DNA from: Dictyostelium discoideum
Taxonomy: Eukaryota
Reading direction: 5' to 3'
DNA: 64,000 nt
Assembly (NCBI GenBank): GCA_000004695.1
Contig: CM000153.2
Span: 3,296,001 to 3,360,000, forward strand
Positions within the stretch are counted from its first letter, which is position 1. The number at the start of each line of letters is the position of its first letter. Positions 29,826-43,690 of the stretch are shown here, in pieces. Position numbers and translations under genes: made by a program. The notes below the pieces were generated by a model. It made no database searches, was not told the origin of the DNA, and saw only the letters and a list, made by a program, of their open reading frames with translations.

Positions 29826-31386
29826 TATTTTTTGTATATATGTTTGTTGATTTATCTGTGAAAAAATAAAAAAAAATAAAAAGTAAAAAAAAAAAAAAAC
29901 AGTTGCCAAAAAAAAAAAAAAAAAATTTTAGAAAAAAAAAAAAAAAAATATCAAAAAAAAAAAAATAAAATAAAAAAAAATAAAAAAAAATAAATTCGTT
30001 AGAAGGTCCCTTTTTTAATAGAAGGAAAAATAAAAAATTTTATAATAAATGTTTAAAAATTATTTAATTTAATTATTTTTAAATAAATAAATGAATAGTT
30101 ATTTCCAGCATTGCAAAATTTTTAAAAGAATAATTTCAAAAAAAAATCTATTTTTGTGTGTGTGTAATTTGTTGGATTTTTTTTTTTTATTTTTTCGTTT
30201 GTTTAAAAAAAAAAAAAACAATTATTTGTTTTTTTTATTTTTTTTTCTAAATTTAATTTAAATTATTTTATTTAAAAATAATAAAAAAAAATACATACAA
30301 ATATTAAATTTAATGTGGTTTGGTTTTTGATAATACGATAAATTGTATTTTTTCAAATTACTAAAAAAAAAAAAAAAAAACCTATTTTTAAGTAAAAAAA
30401 AAAATTTAAAAAAAAAATTAAAATTAAAAATCCAAAAAAAAAAAATTTAAATTTCCCCCTCAATGGTATTTTCAACTCAACATAGTATTTGATCCCGCAA
30501 TCAATGATACGATTTTTTTTTTTTTCCAAATTTTTTTTTTTTTTTTTTTTTTTATTTTTTTTTTTTTTTTTAATGAGAGAAAATTGAAAGGGTGTCGACG
30601 AGTTTTTTTGTAAATTCCAGAATTTGAATCGTACAAAGAAATAAAAAAAAAAAGAATAAATTAATTGTTTTTTGAATAAGCCATATTTTATTAAAAATTC
30701 AAACAATTACCAAAATAATATGGGTTTTTAAAACAATAATGATGATCACAAATTGATTTCAATTTAAGTTCTTTACAGTTTGCAACCTTAAATTTTGATT
30801 TTTTAAATTAAAAATTTTTTTTTTTTTTTTTTTTTCACCGAATGGCATTGCATTTCCCAAATTATTGACTCAAAATATAAAAAAGGAAATTTAATTTAAA
30901 ACAGATTATTTTAATTTTTCCCACCTTTTGGTATAAATAAAAATAATAATATTAATATTAAAATTTATATTTATTTAATTAATTTTTTTTTTTTTTTTTT
31001 TTCATTTCATATTATTTTATTCAGAGAATGGATTTTGCAAACAAAGCAAATGACATCAAAAATAATTTTTTTTTTTTTTTTTAACACCAAAGGGTATGAT
31101 AGATATTTGCAATCTTGACCAAAAGCAACTTTTAAAAATAAAAATCTTTTCAATTTATTTTTGGTCAGGGAAATTTAAAAGTTCCAAAAAGAAATTAATT
31201 CTAATAATTCAATTCAAAGTTTAACAAAATTTTAAACCATATGTGGTTTTTTATTTTTTAGTGTTTTTAGAAAAAAAAAAAAAAAAATAAAAATAAAAGT
31301 AAATAGATTAATTATTATGTAATTTTAAAATACATGTTCTTATTGTTATTATTTTATTTTGTTTATTTAATTTTTTTTTTTTAATT

Positions 31387-31539
31387 TTAATTTTCCATCC
31401 ATTTTAATGTGCCTAAAAGTAAAAATCTTGAAGGAAGTGGACCCGGTGCTGGTGAAATAACTGTAATTTTCTTTGTTTCCATATCGATATCAGAACTATA
31501 AATAAAATAAAATAAAATAAATAAAAAAAGGTTAGTTAA

Positions 31540-31589
<50 letters not shown>

Positions 31590-31950
31590 TACACATAAAG
31601 GAAACCAGCAACATTTGAATGAAAAATATTTGAAGCTTGTTTTGCATAAGAGATTGCAAATATTGAATGACACATATCTAAACTAGGATAAACTTCAGTG
31701 ATTTGAAGTGGATCAATTTGAGATGAAGTACCAATTGGTAATGCTGAAGCTGGTGCAGCAGGACCACCACCAGTTCTATAAATACTAACATCTTTAAAAT
31801 CTAATACTATATAATGTGGTGATAAATTATCGTTTATACCATTAAAATATTCTTTTATTCTATTCATTCTTGTTTTTTTTCTAAATACTGGTGGTCTTAT
31901 AAATACCTATTTGAAATAAATAAATTTATTATTAGTTAGTAAATTTATTG

Positions 31951-31982
<32 letters not shown>

Positions 31983-32942
31983 TACACCACCAGATTTTGG
32001 TAATTTTATAATTTTAATTGAATTATCTTTTTGAGAATAATGAGAACTGATATCACTATAAAGTTTTTCATTATCCATAACAATGATTAAGTTTGCTTTA
32101 AAGACATCAATATTTTGTAAGAGTATTTTATAACCTAAACCATCTATCCAACCACAAGTATTTGCAATGAAACCAGAGATTCTTGAAATGTTTGAACTGT
32201 CTAATTGTTTATCGATAAATGATGCTAAATTTTTACAAAGTGCTTTAAAGAGATCAGGATTCACATCCAATGAAGTGTGACCATAGAAATGAGCCAATGG
32301 AATCCCACCAGCTAACCCCTCCTCGATATCCAATGGATTTTGAATATGTGCTGCTGAAATTGTGCCTGGTATGGTGATTGAACCTTGACCAGGGTCTAAA
32401 TCAACAAATAATGGTTGATAGCCTGATCGGGCACTGTAGGCTAAAAGTATCTTTGAGAGTGACGATTTCCCACTATCGGTAGGACCGACAATTATAACAC
32501 GTGGACCACTCTTTTTTGGTTCGTCCAATATGCTAACTCTAAATGCATCCAATTCTTGATATACTCCTGCGTATTGTGGCATTGGAGTTTTCTCCCCAAT
32601 ATAAGGTTGACAATTATTAGTTATCTCTATCTTGCAACCTGTCCATGTAAAAACTGCACCCTTTGTACCTGACAATTTATAAACTTTATTTAATGATAAT
32701 TCCGTACCAAAACATTCTGCTGTACCTTCAATTAATTTCATCCAACCATTTTGGTCAAAATCAATCTCATATCTTAATTCTTGTGTAATCTCTAATGTTC
32801 TAATTGTACTTTGATTTATAGAATTTTGTTGTTGTTGTTGTTGTTGTTGCGATGGTTTTAAAGGAAATTGAATATCTGAACCACCACCACCACCATTCAT
32901 ACTTGAAAAATTATTAATATTTACACTATTATCATTTGACAT
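31387..32942 (-). CDS. clp1: Clp1 polynucleotide 5'-hydroxyl kinase (pre-mRNA cleavage factor II subunit). Model join(32942..31986,31906..31593,31495..31387), about 459 aa.
   Basis: P-loop VIIVGPTDSGKSSLSKIL. The C-terminus RIKEYFNG...HYIVLDFKDVSIYR...SPAPGPLPSRFLLLG aligns with human CLP1 (RIREYFYG...SPAPRPLPKNFLL). GTAATG and GTATGT donors, phases 0 and 2. Confidence 0.8.
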
Positions 32943-33350
32943 ATTAGTTTTTATTGCTTTTTTTTTTGCTTAAATCTATTATCTGTTATTTTATCTATTA
33001 TATTATCTATTAAATCCTATAGAAATAAAAAATTATAATTCCCTAAATGATGGAAGTGAGTGTGTTTGTATTATGTAAAAAATTTTAAAAATGAAATTTT
33101 TTTTTTTTTTTTTTTTTTTGACTTAATTTTTTAAAAAAAAATAAAAAAAAATAAAAAAAAATAAAAAATTAAAAATACTTTATTTATTTTTTTTATTTAA
33201 TTTATTATTATTATTATTGGTAATTACTTAAGAAAACTAATTCGTATTAATTGTTTTTAATTTTATTTTTATATCTAATTTAATATTTATTTTTTTTTTT
33301 TTTTATAAAAGCTCAGGTTTTTTAAAATTTTGGAAAATGAACAATCAAAC

Positions 33351-33381
<31 letters not shown>

Positions 33382-33708
33382 AGAGAATAAAAATTTTATA
33401 CCTACATATGTCGATATTATGATTCACATTTTTAACAAAAAAAAAAAAAAAATAAATTCAATTTCAAAATTTACTGTGCCCAGCTATCTGGCCGAAATAT
33501 CAAAAATTATTTTTTTTTTTTTTATTTTTTTTTTTATTTTTTTTTAATTTTTTTTTCTTTTTTTTTTTAAAAATTTTATGTGTTTTTTTTTTTTTTTTTT
33601 CTTTTTAAAAATTAAAACAAAAACAAAAACAAAAACGATAACAAATATAAAATTTTCAATCACAAACTAATCATACAATACATACTTTAAATAAAATATA
33701 GCATAAAA

Positions 33709-33817
33709 ATGTTTGGTCGTTTTATTAGACAATATTCTACATCAAAAAATATAATCAATGTAAATATATATATATGAACTTCAAAAAAAGTTATATTAAT
33801 TTAATTTTATTTGTTTT

Positions 33818-33849
<32 letters not shown>

Positions 33850-34998
33850 TTTTCTTTTTTATTTAATGTATATTTATTAATAATAAATAAAATAAAAAAT
33901 ATATATATATAGGTTAATGAATTAATTGTTGAAAAAACTAAAACACCATTTCAAAAATATACAGATAAAACTAAATTAGTATTTGGTAAACAATTTTCAG
34001 ATCATATGATTGAAGTACAATGGACAAAAGAGGAAGGTTGGGGAGTACCAAAGATTTCAGGATATCATAATTTATCAATTCCACCATCAGCATCAGTATT
34101 ACATTATGCATTGGAATGTTTTGAAGGTATGAAAGCCTATAAAGATAGTAATGGAAAGATTCGTTTATTTAGACCAGATCAAAATATGAATCGTTTCTTA
34201 AACTCTGCAAAGAGAATTTGTTTACCAGAGTTCAATAAGGAGGCAGTTATTGAGTTGATTAAAAAGTTATGTGTTTTGGATAAGGATTGGATTCCAGAGG
34301 GTAAGGGCTACTCTTTGTATTTACGTCCAACTTTAATTGCCACTCAAAATAGTTTAGGTGTTGGTGCATCCAATTCCGCCTTGATGTTTGTCATTGCCTC
34401 ACCAGTTGGTCCATACTATCCAGAGGGTTTCAAACCAGTGAAATTGATCGCCGACGATCAATATGTCAGAGCATGGGCTGGCGGTTCCGGTGCTTTCAAA
34501 TTGGGTTCAAATTACGCTCCAACCATTTTCCCACAATTGGAGGCTGCAAAGAAGGGTTTCTCTCAAGTACTTTGGTTATTAAATGACTATGTCACTGAAG
34601 TCGGTACTATGAATATGTTTGTCTTTTGGAATAACGCTCAAGGTGAGAAAGAATTGATCACTCCACCACTCGGTGATGGTACCATCCTTCCAGGTGTCAC
34701 TCGTGATAGTATCCTTAAATTAACTCAACAATGGGGTGAATTCAAAATCACTGAAAAGAATTTCACAATGACTGAATTAGCAAAAGCCATCAAAGAAGGT
34801 AGAGTATTTGAAGCTTTCGGTGCTGGTACTGCCGCCATCGTCTCTCCAATTGAATCAATCTCTTACAAAGGTGAAAATTATAGTATCCCAATTGATGCTT
34901 CTTTAAATTGTGGTCCATTAACAAAGAGAATTAGTGATTCAATCATGGCAATTCAATATGGTGAAACCAATTCTGATTGGTCTGTCATTGTTGATTAA
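33709..34998 (+). CDS. Branched-chain-amino-acid aminotransferase (class IV PLP). Model join(33709..33759,33913..34998), about 378 aa, with a short exon 1 that looks like a mitochondrial presequence.
   Basis: Near-colinear match to human BCAT (LVFGKQFSDHMIEVQW, ALECFEGMKAYK, EVGTMNMFVFW, GVTRDSILKL, GTAAIVSP). Exon 1 MFGRFIRQYSTSKNIIN ends at a GTAAAT donor at 33760. The acceptor is at 33911-33912. Confidence 0.85.
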
Positions 34999-35062
34999 AA
35001 TTTTTTTTTTTTTTTTCTTTTTTTACTTTTCTAATAATAAAATAAAAAAAATAAAATTAAAA

Positions 35063-35093
<31 letters not shown>

Positions 35094-35169
35094 TAATAAT
35101 AAAAAATCCATGTATTTAAATTATTAATATAATATTTTATTTACAATTTTTATTTATTTATTTATTTAC

Positions 35170-36852
35170 TTAATTAATTACTGAAATATTTGTTAATGAT
35201 GTTGATTTTTTAATTATTGCTATTTTCTTTTTAACATTTTTTCTAATTAATGGATTTGGATTTTTATATTTTTTCCAAATAATTAATGAAGCAATAAATG
35301 TTGAAAATAGAACAATTGAATTAACTAAATAAGCGGCACCAGGGAAATAAATGGTATTGCCAGATGTAAATTCTCTATAGATATTTGATGCTGCTAAAGA
35401 TCCTAGGAAACCAGCTAAGGAACCGATGGCACGTGATCCAGTTAGAATTGAACCTTTAATTTCGGGTGGGGTTGCTCTTGAGATTACACTTTGAAGTAGG
35501 TATAGTATATTTGGTACAAATGCTGCTACGATACCACTACCAATCCATATCCATTGATTATATGCAAATCCATAAGAGACATGAGTTAATGCACCAACTA
35601 GAAATCCAACTGATATTAGTTTCCTTTCAGAGTAACGTTTCAAAAGTATTGGTATTAAAATTAAACTCCAAATTATCATTAAAATACCAACACCACCCAT
35701 GTAGAAACTGTTATAAGTGCCATCCCAATTATAAACCAATTCATTGTGATAGTAGTAGGTTGTGAATACGTCTTGTTCAGTATACGAGATTGAAGTGTAT
35801 AGAATAATGACGAATGCGACATACCCATTGGCACTGAAAATCAGTTTAATTAATTTGAAAGGATTTGACGAGGATTTAGTTTGACGGATTTTATGATTCT
35901 CTTTGGCAATTGTTAAACTCTCTTTTAGGAATGGAATTATGAATAGAGAACATGCAACCAAACCACATCCAATATAAAGTGATGACATTGAAAGATGGTC
36001 AAGTTGTTGTTGTGGAGTTTCATGAAATGTTGAAGCCACTGATATAACCGGACCAAGGACCACGCCCAAGCCCAACGAAACCCCTATCAATGAGTAGAGG
36101 TAGGGTACGGCATGTTCTTCGGAAATATCGGCAATGTAGGAGTACACCGCTGCCAATGCCACATTATAAGTGCCCGCAATACTATGCACAACATAATAAT
36201 AATAAAGATTATTGGTCCTAATGGTGACATAACAAGACACCATATCCAGTATAACCATAATAGTTCCATAGTAAAACATTAATTTTCTACCAAATTTATC
36301 GGACAAAACTCCACCCAACGCGCCGAAACAAAACATGGAAATGTATGGTATGGAATCTGAAAATGATTTATAATAGGTGGCTTTGGTTTGGATGTCTTTC
36401 TCATCTGGAAAATTGATTCTAACATAATTTAAAAATACATTTGGAATGAATAGAGAGTATATTAAACTACCCATAATCATAAATGTAAACATTAATAAAA
36501 CCAGTACTAAATCTTTCTTATATTTATGTTCCAAGAATGGAGCAATCGCTGATTTCTTTGGACCATTTCCAATTGGTAATTGATGTTCTTGTGCTCCATC
36601 AATATCATCTTCATTGATTTTTCCAAAATCTTGAACACTTTGACTAACATTAATTTTTGATGATACCAATAATGGACTAATATCTTTATCGTCAATATTG
36701 GCTAAATCTTCCAATAATCCAATTAAACTCTCTTTTCCAACTGATGATTCACTATCACTATATTCATTTACACTATAATCATGTGAACTTGGATTTGAAT
36801 AACTACCATTACCTTCATTAATTATTGAAGGATTATTATTTTCATATTCCAT
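35170..36852 (-). CDS. Major facilitator superfamily transporter (HIAT1/MFSD14-like), 560 aa
   Basis: 12 predicted TM helices. MFS signature GVLSDKFGRKLMFYYG. About 110-aa hydrophilic N-terminal extension. Confidence 0.7.
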   Translation of the reverse strand: MEYENNNPSIINEGNGSYSNPSSHDYSVNEYSDSESSVGKESLIGLLEDLANIDDKDISPLLVSSKINVSQSVQDFGKINEDDIDGAQEHQLPIGNGPKKSAIAPFLEHKYKKDLVLVLLMFTFMIMGSLIYSLFIPNVFLNYVRINFPDEKDIQTKATYYKSFSDSIPYISMFCFGALGGVLSDKFGRKLMFYYGTIMVILDMVSCYVTIRTNNLYYYYVVHSIAGTYNVALAAVYSYIADISEEHAVPYLYSLIGVSLGLGVVLGPVISVASTFHETPQQQLDHLSMSSLYIGCGLVACSLFIIPFLKESLTIAKENHKIRQTKSSSNPFKLIKLIFSANGYVAFVIILYTSISYTEQDVFTTYYYHNELVYNWDGTYNSFYMGGVGILMIIWSLILIPILLKRYSERKLISVGFLVGALTHVSYGFAYNQWIWIGSGIVAAFVPNILYLLQSVISRATPPEIKGSILTGSRAIGSLAGFLGSLAASNIYREFTSGNTIYFPGAAYLVNSIVLFSTFIASLIIWKKYKNPNPLIRKNVKKKIAIIKKSTSLTNISVIN

Positions 36853-37229
36853 AAATTAATTTTACAAATTTTTTTTTCAAGTCAAGATTTTTTTTTTTTT
36901 TTGGATTTTTTTTTTTATTTTTTTATTTTTTTATTTTTTTATTATTATATTTATATTAAAAATAGATTTATTTATGAAAACATGTTATGAAAATAAATAA
37001 ATAAAAAAAATAATAAAAGTATTTAAAAAAAAAAAAATAATAATAATATTGATAAAAATGAAGGTGGTATTACAGATGGAACTTGTATGTGAAAATAAAA
37101 AAAAAAAAATAAAAAAATAAAAAAAATGAAAATATGAAAAAAAATTAAAATAAAAATTTAACACTGGTAAAATTTTTATTTTTTTTTGACACTGTCAGTG
37201 TGTCAGTTATTTTGACTTTTGGTTTTATT

Positions 37230-37262
<33 letters not shown>

Positions 37263-37744
37263 CAAATGGTTTTGTTGATGCTTTCATGTCGATGATTTTA
37301 AAATATCTGGATTCACTTCTATTATTATAATAATAGTTTTATTTTTATATTTCCAAGATTTTTCATTTTAAATTTTTTTTTTTTATTTTTTTTTTTATTT
37401 CAGCAAAAGCGACTGATTGCTAAAAAAAATAATTTTCGAATGAAATTTATTTGTTCAAGTTGAATTATTGATTGAAAATTCTAATTATAATAAATGGATC
37501 CTAAGCATTGTACAATTATGAAAAAAATAAAAAAAATAAAAAAATCAAATAAATGAAAAAATAAAAACAAAGAATTATTTTTAGAATTTTTTTATTTTTT
37601 TTTTTTTTATTTTACAAATATGCAAGTATTTTTATTTCTTTTTTTTTGGCGTTATTTTAATTTCAAAATCGGTTATCTCGATCATTTCATTAACTGACAC
37701 TATAAACTTTAAATTTTACAACATCTAAAAAAATTATAATTTAA

Positions 37745-37975
37745 TCATGATTTTATTTTTTATTTTATTTTTTTGGTTTTTGGTTTTGGTTTTGATTTTG
37801 GTTTTGATTTTGGTTTTGGTTTTGGTTTTGATTTTGGTTTTGGTTTTGGTTTTGATTTTGATTTTGGTTTTTGATTTTGGTTTTGGTTTTAGTTTTAGTT
37901 TTGGTTTTAGTTTTGGTTTTGGTTTTGGTTTTGGTTTTGGTTTTGGTTTTGGTTTTGGTTTTTTTCTTTTTTTTT
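37745..37975. repeat. Compound hexanucleotide microsatellite (GGTTTT/GATTTT)n, about 230 bp
   Basis: Direct reading: ttttggttttgattttggttttg.... It generates the periodic (PK)n and (GF)n pseudo-ORFs seen on both strands. Confidence 0.85.
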
Positions 37976-38164
37976 TTTTTTTGTTCAGTTGGTTAGTTGT
38001 GATGATCACAAAAATAAACAACAACGTTATTTTTTTTTTTTTTTTAATGGGTTTTGTTGTTTGGAAATGATAAATAAATTTGTTTTTAAAGTAAATTGGT
38101 ACAATATATTATTGGTTATTAAATTAACTCCATTACATATAGATAAAATACTAAATATTCAATA

Positions 38165-38326
38165 TTAATTCCACTGTATTGGAAAACCTGTAACTACAGG
38201 CTTGTCATCCATTACATTTCTTTGTATCTTTGATAAATCTGGTGTCTCTGGTGGATTCTAAAAAATAAAAAAAATAAAAAAATAAAAAAAATAAAAAATT
38301 GAAAATGTTAGTTGTTTCTTTAATTT

Positions 38327-38361
<35 letters not shown>

Positions 38362-39058
38362 CTTTGGTTTTTTTTTTAGTTCAATTTTTAAAGTAAAAAA
38401 AAAGAAAAGAAAAAAAAAAAAAATTATATAGGTGTTGGTTAATTGATAATTATTAAACTCTAAAATAACATACATCTTTAAGTTCTTGTTCAAAATAGTC
38501 ATTATTTACATAATAACCAACCCTAATGAAATCTTCACCTTTATATGCACAAATTAAAAAAACAACAGTAACACCTAATAAATCATCCTTTGGAATTTTA
38601 TTTGCATCTGGTGGATCAACTTCAAAAACAAATTGATTTTGACCAACTGCGACTGGTCCTAATAAAATACTATCTAATACTTGATCATTCTTTTCATTAT
38701 CTGCTGATCCTACATATATTACCTTCCATTCTAAATCTAATGTTTTGTTATTTATATAATATATAAATATTTGATAAAATATTAATATATTGTTAGTATA
38801 TTGATTTGGTTATTGATAATGTTTTTTTTTTTTTATCCATACAAATAAAAAAGAAAAATAAAAAAAAAAAAAGAAGTTATATACACATATATTGAAAATT
38901 AAAAAAAGAAAAAGAAAAAATAAAAAAAAAAAAGAAATTATAAACTTACCTTCTTTTATTGGACTAACGCATTCAAACGATATATCAAATATAAATGGAC
39001 TATTAAATGACGAGGGATTATTATGAATTAATACTTGTGTTAACCTGATGTGACTCAT
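38165..39058 (-). CDS. asf1: Histone chaperone ASF1. Model join(39058..38950,38736..38474,38257..38165), 154 aa.
   Basis: MSHIRLTQVLIHNNPSSFNSPFIFDISFECVSPIKE | DLEWKVIYVGSADNEKNDQVLDSILLGPVAVGQNQFVFEVDPPD...VGYYVNNDYFEQELKD | NPPETPDL...GFPIQWN is colinear with human ASF1A. GTAAGT and GTATGT donors, phases 1 and 0. Confidence 0.85.
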
Positions 39059-39176
39059 ATTGTTGTGTTTATATTATATTTTATTATTTTTTTATATTAT
39101 GTGTGTTTGGTGGGCGGGTAAATAAATGAAATGAAAAAAAAAAAAAAAAAAATTTAAAAAATTTAAATTTGGTGGG

Positions 39177-39209
<33 letters not shown>

Positions 39210-39963
39210 GCGCCAAATAGAGTTTAACAATAACTTTTTTTTTTTTTTTTTTTAAAAAAAATATTATTTTTATAATTGGATATTTAATAATAATATCTAT
39301 AGTTTTTTAAATTCTATATTCACTAAATATTTAAAAAAGGAATAATAAAATAATAACAAAAAAAAAAAAAAAAAAAATCCAAAACATTTTTTTTTTTTTT
39401 TTTTTTTATTTTTTTCATCATTTTTCATTTTATTTTTTTTCTTAGAAAAAAAAATTATTTCTTATAACTGTTTCAAATAAAACTAAATCAATTTTTTTAT
39501 TTTTTTATTTTATTTATTTTTTATTTATTCACTCATTTATTTATTATTTATATATTTATTTTTATGATTAAATCGGACTTAAATTTTATTTATCAAACCA
39601 CTATTAAATATAGATAATAAAAAAAATAATAATAAAAAATAAAAAGGATAATCTTTTTTTTTTTGTTTTTTTAGTAAACAAATATGTTTTTTTTTATTTA
39701 TTTTGTTTATTTGGAGATTAGTTTGGAATAAACAGTTATTAGTAGAAAAAAAAAAAATAAAAATAAAAATAAAAAAAATAAAAAAAAAAAAAAAATAAAA
39801 AATAAAATAAAATAAAAAAAAAAAAAAAAAATAAAAAAAACGAAAGAGCCAATTTTTTTTTTTTTTTTTTTTTCTTTTCTTTTCTCTACTTCCTTTTTTT
39901 TTTTTTTTTTTTAAATATTTGAAAAAAAGAGAGAAAAATTGAATTAAATAAATAAATAAAAAA

Positions 39964-41568
39964 ATGGCACCACCAAATAAATCATCAAATAGAAATAAAA
40001 GTAATAATAATAATAATAAAAATAAAGTTAAAAGTAAAAAAAGTAAAAGATCAATAGATGAAACACCAGAAGCATTAGATTTAGATCAAGCAGCAATTAG
40101 TAAATCAATTGTATATAAAAGAGGTGATTGTAATAAAGGTATAAAGAAATTAGTTAAAGAGTTTAGACAGGTAATGGAGCCATATACAGCAACTAAACTC
40201 CAAGAGACATCAGACAATACCACCAAAGATTTTGTAAACATTGCAGCACATTACGGTGTTTCACATTTGGTTGGTTTCAGTTCAACCGATATCGGTAGTT
40301 ATATGGCAATGGCAAGATTACCAAAAGGTCCAACTACAACCTTCAAAATCCAAGAATACTCTTTCCAAAGAGATGTCGCAAAGGCTAAAATTCGTCCAAC
40401 TAGTTTTGAAAAATCTTATCTCAATTCACCTTTAGTAGTTTTAAATGGTTTCACTAGAGGTACACCACATTTAGAAATGGTTCAAAATATGGTTCAAAGT
40501 TTATTCCCATCAATTAATGTTTATACTGTATGTTTTTTTTTAAAAAAAAAAAAAAAAATTTAAAAATTAAAAATTTTATTAACTTTTTTTTTTTTTTTTT
40601 AATTATATAGTTGAAATTATCAACATGCAAAAGAGTTGTTTTATTCAATTATAATAAAGAAACTGATAATGTTGAATTTAGACATTATGCTATCAAGTAA
40701 GTCTTCTTTATAATAATAGTTAATAATTATTATAATATTAATATAAAATTTTTTATTTTTTATTTTTTTTTTTATTTATTTTTTAGAGTTTCAAATGTTG
40801 GAGTTAATCGTAGTATTAAAAGAATTATTCAATCAAAGATACCAGATATTTCAAATTTAGGAGATATTAGTGATTATGTTATGAATGGATTGGGTGCAAC
40901 AGAGAGTGATTATGAAGATGCAAATGATGGTCAAGTTGAGTTGAGTTCAAAGATGATCAATTCAAAAGCAAAGAATATAAAATTGGAACGTAAGGGATTG
41001 GATATTAATACCACTCAAAAGAGAGCAATCAAACTGGAAGAAATCGGACCACGTATGAATCTTTCTTTGTTAAAGGTTGAAGATGATCTTTACAAGGGTG
41101 AAGTACTCTACCATCAATACATTAAAAAGAGTGATATCGAGAAAGAAGAAGCTAAACTTCGTAGAGATGAAGCTAAAATCGAAAAAGAACGTAGAAGAAA
41201 AGATCAAGAAGCAAATGTCGATAAGAAAATAAAAGAAAAAGAAAGAAAAAGAAAATATTTAGATCAAGGTAATGAAGATAAACATTCTGATGATGATGAT
41301 GAAGAATGGTATAGAAAAGAAGTTGGTGAAAATCCTGATGAAAGTAAGTTTTTAAAAATAATAGATATTCATTAAAAAAAAAAAAGAAAAAAAATTTAAA
41401 AATAGAAATATTCTATTTTTATTTTATTTTAAAAAATTTTTTTTTTTTTTTTTTTTTATTACACATTACTAATTTTTACTATTTTTTTTTATAGCATTTA
41501 AAAATAATAGAAAATCTAGATCTACAGGTGGAGGACGTCCAAACAAAAAATTCAAATCAAAGAAATAA
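39964..41568 (+). CDS. Brix-domain ribosome biogenesis protein PPAN/Ssf1. Model join(39964..40527,40611..40696,40787..41343,41495..41568), about 426 aa.
   Basis: [45 protein letters not shown], then [29 protein letters not shown], then [15 protein letters not shown]...GEVLYHQY. This matches human PPAN. Phases were checked at each junction (0/2/1). Confidence 0.75.
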
Positions 41569-42610
41569 ATAAATAAAAAAAAAAATATAAAAAAAAAATA
41601 AAAAAATAAAAAAATAAAAAGTAAAAATATAAAAAAATATTATTTGTAAATCTTGTCTTTTTTTATTATTATTATTATTTTTTTATATTGGTTAAAATAA
41701 AATTTTTAATTTTTTTGAATTTACTTGGTTTTTCAATTTTGTTTGCACAAGTAAAATATTTTTATTATTGTTTTAATTTTTTTTATTTTTTGTTGATATA
41801 TGATGAATATTATCTTCATAACTAGCGGTGTTAAAATGTTCAAATAACAATACCAACATATACATTTTCAAAAATAAAAAAAATTATAAATTTCAAAGGT
41901 AGTTACACCAAATATAAATAATAATAAAAATAATTTATTTACATAAACACACTAAAATTAGTGTTAAAATCAATAAAAAAAACAATAATAATGATAATAA
42001 TAATAAATTTCATACAAAATTTTGGTATTGTTATTTTCAATTAATGCAATAAAATATTTATTTTTATTTTTTTTTTTTTTATTTTTTTTTTTTTTTTGGG
42101 ATCAATAATAAAAAATAATCCTCAACAACCCCCATTTGCACAAAAACAGTCTTATTTTGGATTTTTTTTTTTTTTATTTTTTAATTTATTTATTTTCTAT
42201 TTTCTTTTTATTTTTATTTTTTTTTTTATTTTTTATTTTTTTTTATTTTTTTTATTTTTTATTTTTTTTTTTTTACTATATTAAAAAATTCAAATAAAAA
42301 AAAATCAAAAATAAAAATCTTTTTTTTTTTTCATTTTTTAATAATAAAATAAAATAGATTTTTTTCCACACTGTTGATTAATCACTTATTTTATATAAAA
42401 ATAAAAAAATAATAATATTTACTATTATTACTAATTGTATTGTTAAAGTGTTTTTTTTTTTATTATTATTAAAATAAATTTTCTTTTTTTTTTTTGTTCT
42501 GTTTTGTTTTTTTTACATATACAATAACTATAAAAAAAAATTTTTTTTTTTTTTTTTTTTTACTAAATTGGTAATTTTAGAAAGTATTAATAATTAATTT
42601 TTTATTTTTT

Positions 42611-42647
<37 letters not shown>

Positions 42648-42967
42648 GGTATAATTTTCACACCCACACAAAAATTATTATTTTAAATTAAAAAGAAAAA
42701 AAAAAAAAATTAAAATTAAAAAACGAAATTCTTATTGTGTTTTATCTTTAATTGTGTTAATATTCATAGATAAATAATAATTTTAAAACAATAAATAATT
42801 ATATAAATAATATCTATTAAAAATAAAAATAAAAATAAAAATAAAAATAAAAATAAAAATAAAAACAATTAAAAAAAAAAAAAAAAACAAAAAAAAAAAA
42901 TAAATAAATAAATAAATAAATTAATAAATAAATAAATAAATAAATAAAAAAATAAATAATATAAGAA

Positions 42968-43690
42968 ATGACACTTTCAATTGCCAAACCGTTTGTTTCA
43001 ATTTTTAAAAAAGGAAAATCTAAAAAGAGTGAACATGATGATATCAATGGAAATTCTCACCACCATCATGATAGTAATTATATAAAATCGAAACACCACG
43101 GTGACATTGAACAAAATTCAAATTATTTAACTGTAAATCACAAACAAAAATCATATACTGATAATGATAAAATTGAAGAGACATATACTGTATTGGTAAG
43201 TTAATAAATTTAAGTATTTAAATTTTTAAAAATAGTTGCTAATTCTAAAATAATTTTTCATTTTTATATTTTTTTTATTTTATTTTAAAAGTATCAAGTT
43301 TATGATGAAAATTCATGTAGAGGTGCCAGTCCACAATTAAAATATGAAGAAAGAGTTTTAAAGATAAATGAAGAGGGTGTATTTTTATTTGAACAAGAAA
43401 AGTTGGTTTGCCATTGGGGATTCTCATTAATTAAAGAATTTTCATTGGATGAAAATTGGACTGACTGGATAGTAATATTAAGAGATTCAACAAAACATTA
43501 TTTTAAATCTTATGAAGTAAGTAATTTATTATTATTATTTTTATTTTTTAAAATTTAAAAAAACTATTAACATATCTTATTAATAATTTAAATTATTATT
43601 TTATAGAGTATTCAAATCCATTTAAAGATAAATGATATAATAAGGAAATTAGTTAGTCAAATTCCATCTTCATCTTCTTCATCTTTCTAA
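42968..43690 (+). CDS. Hypothetical small protein, 3 exons join(42968..43195,43292..43516,43607..43690), about 178 aa, with a His-rich N-terminus
   Basis: Three ORF pieces link in phase through GTAAGT donors and AG acceptors. The middle exon (YQVYDENSCRGASPQLKYEERVLKINEEGVFLFEQEKLVCHWGFSLIKEF...) looks globular. No family recognised. Confidence 0.45.

Noticed and set aside
29826-29909. N-terminal extension [14 protein letters not shown] of the ino1 ORF
   Set aside because: Poly-T leader read-through. Homology begins at MSAQMFESF.
35466-36695. Small ORFs antisense to or overlapping the MFS transporter gene
   Set aside because: They sit within a strongly supported 12-TM ORF on the other strand.
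39205-39212. GGCGCGCC (AscI-type) GC octamer in an AT desert
   Set aside because: A single 8-mer with no repeat or partner motif. Probably chance.
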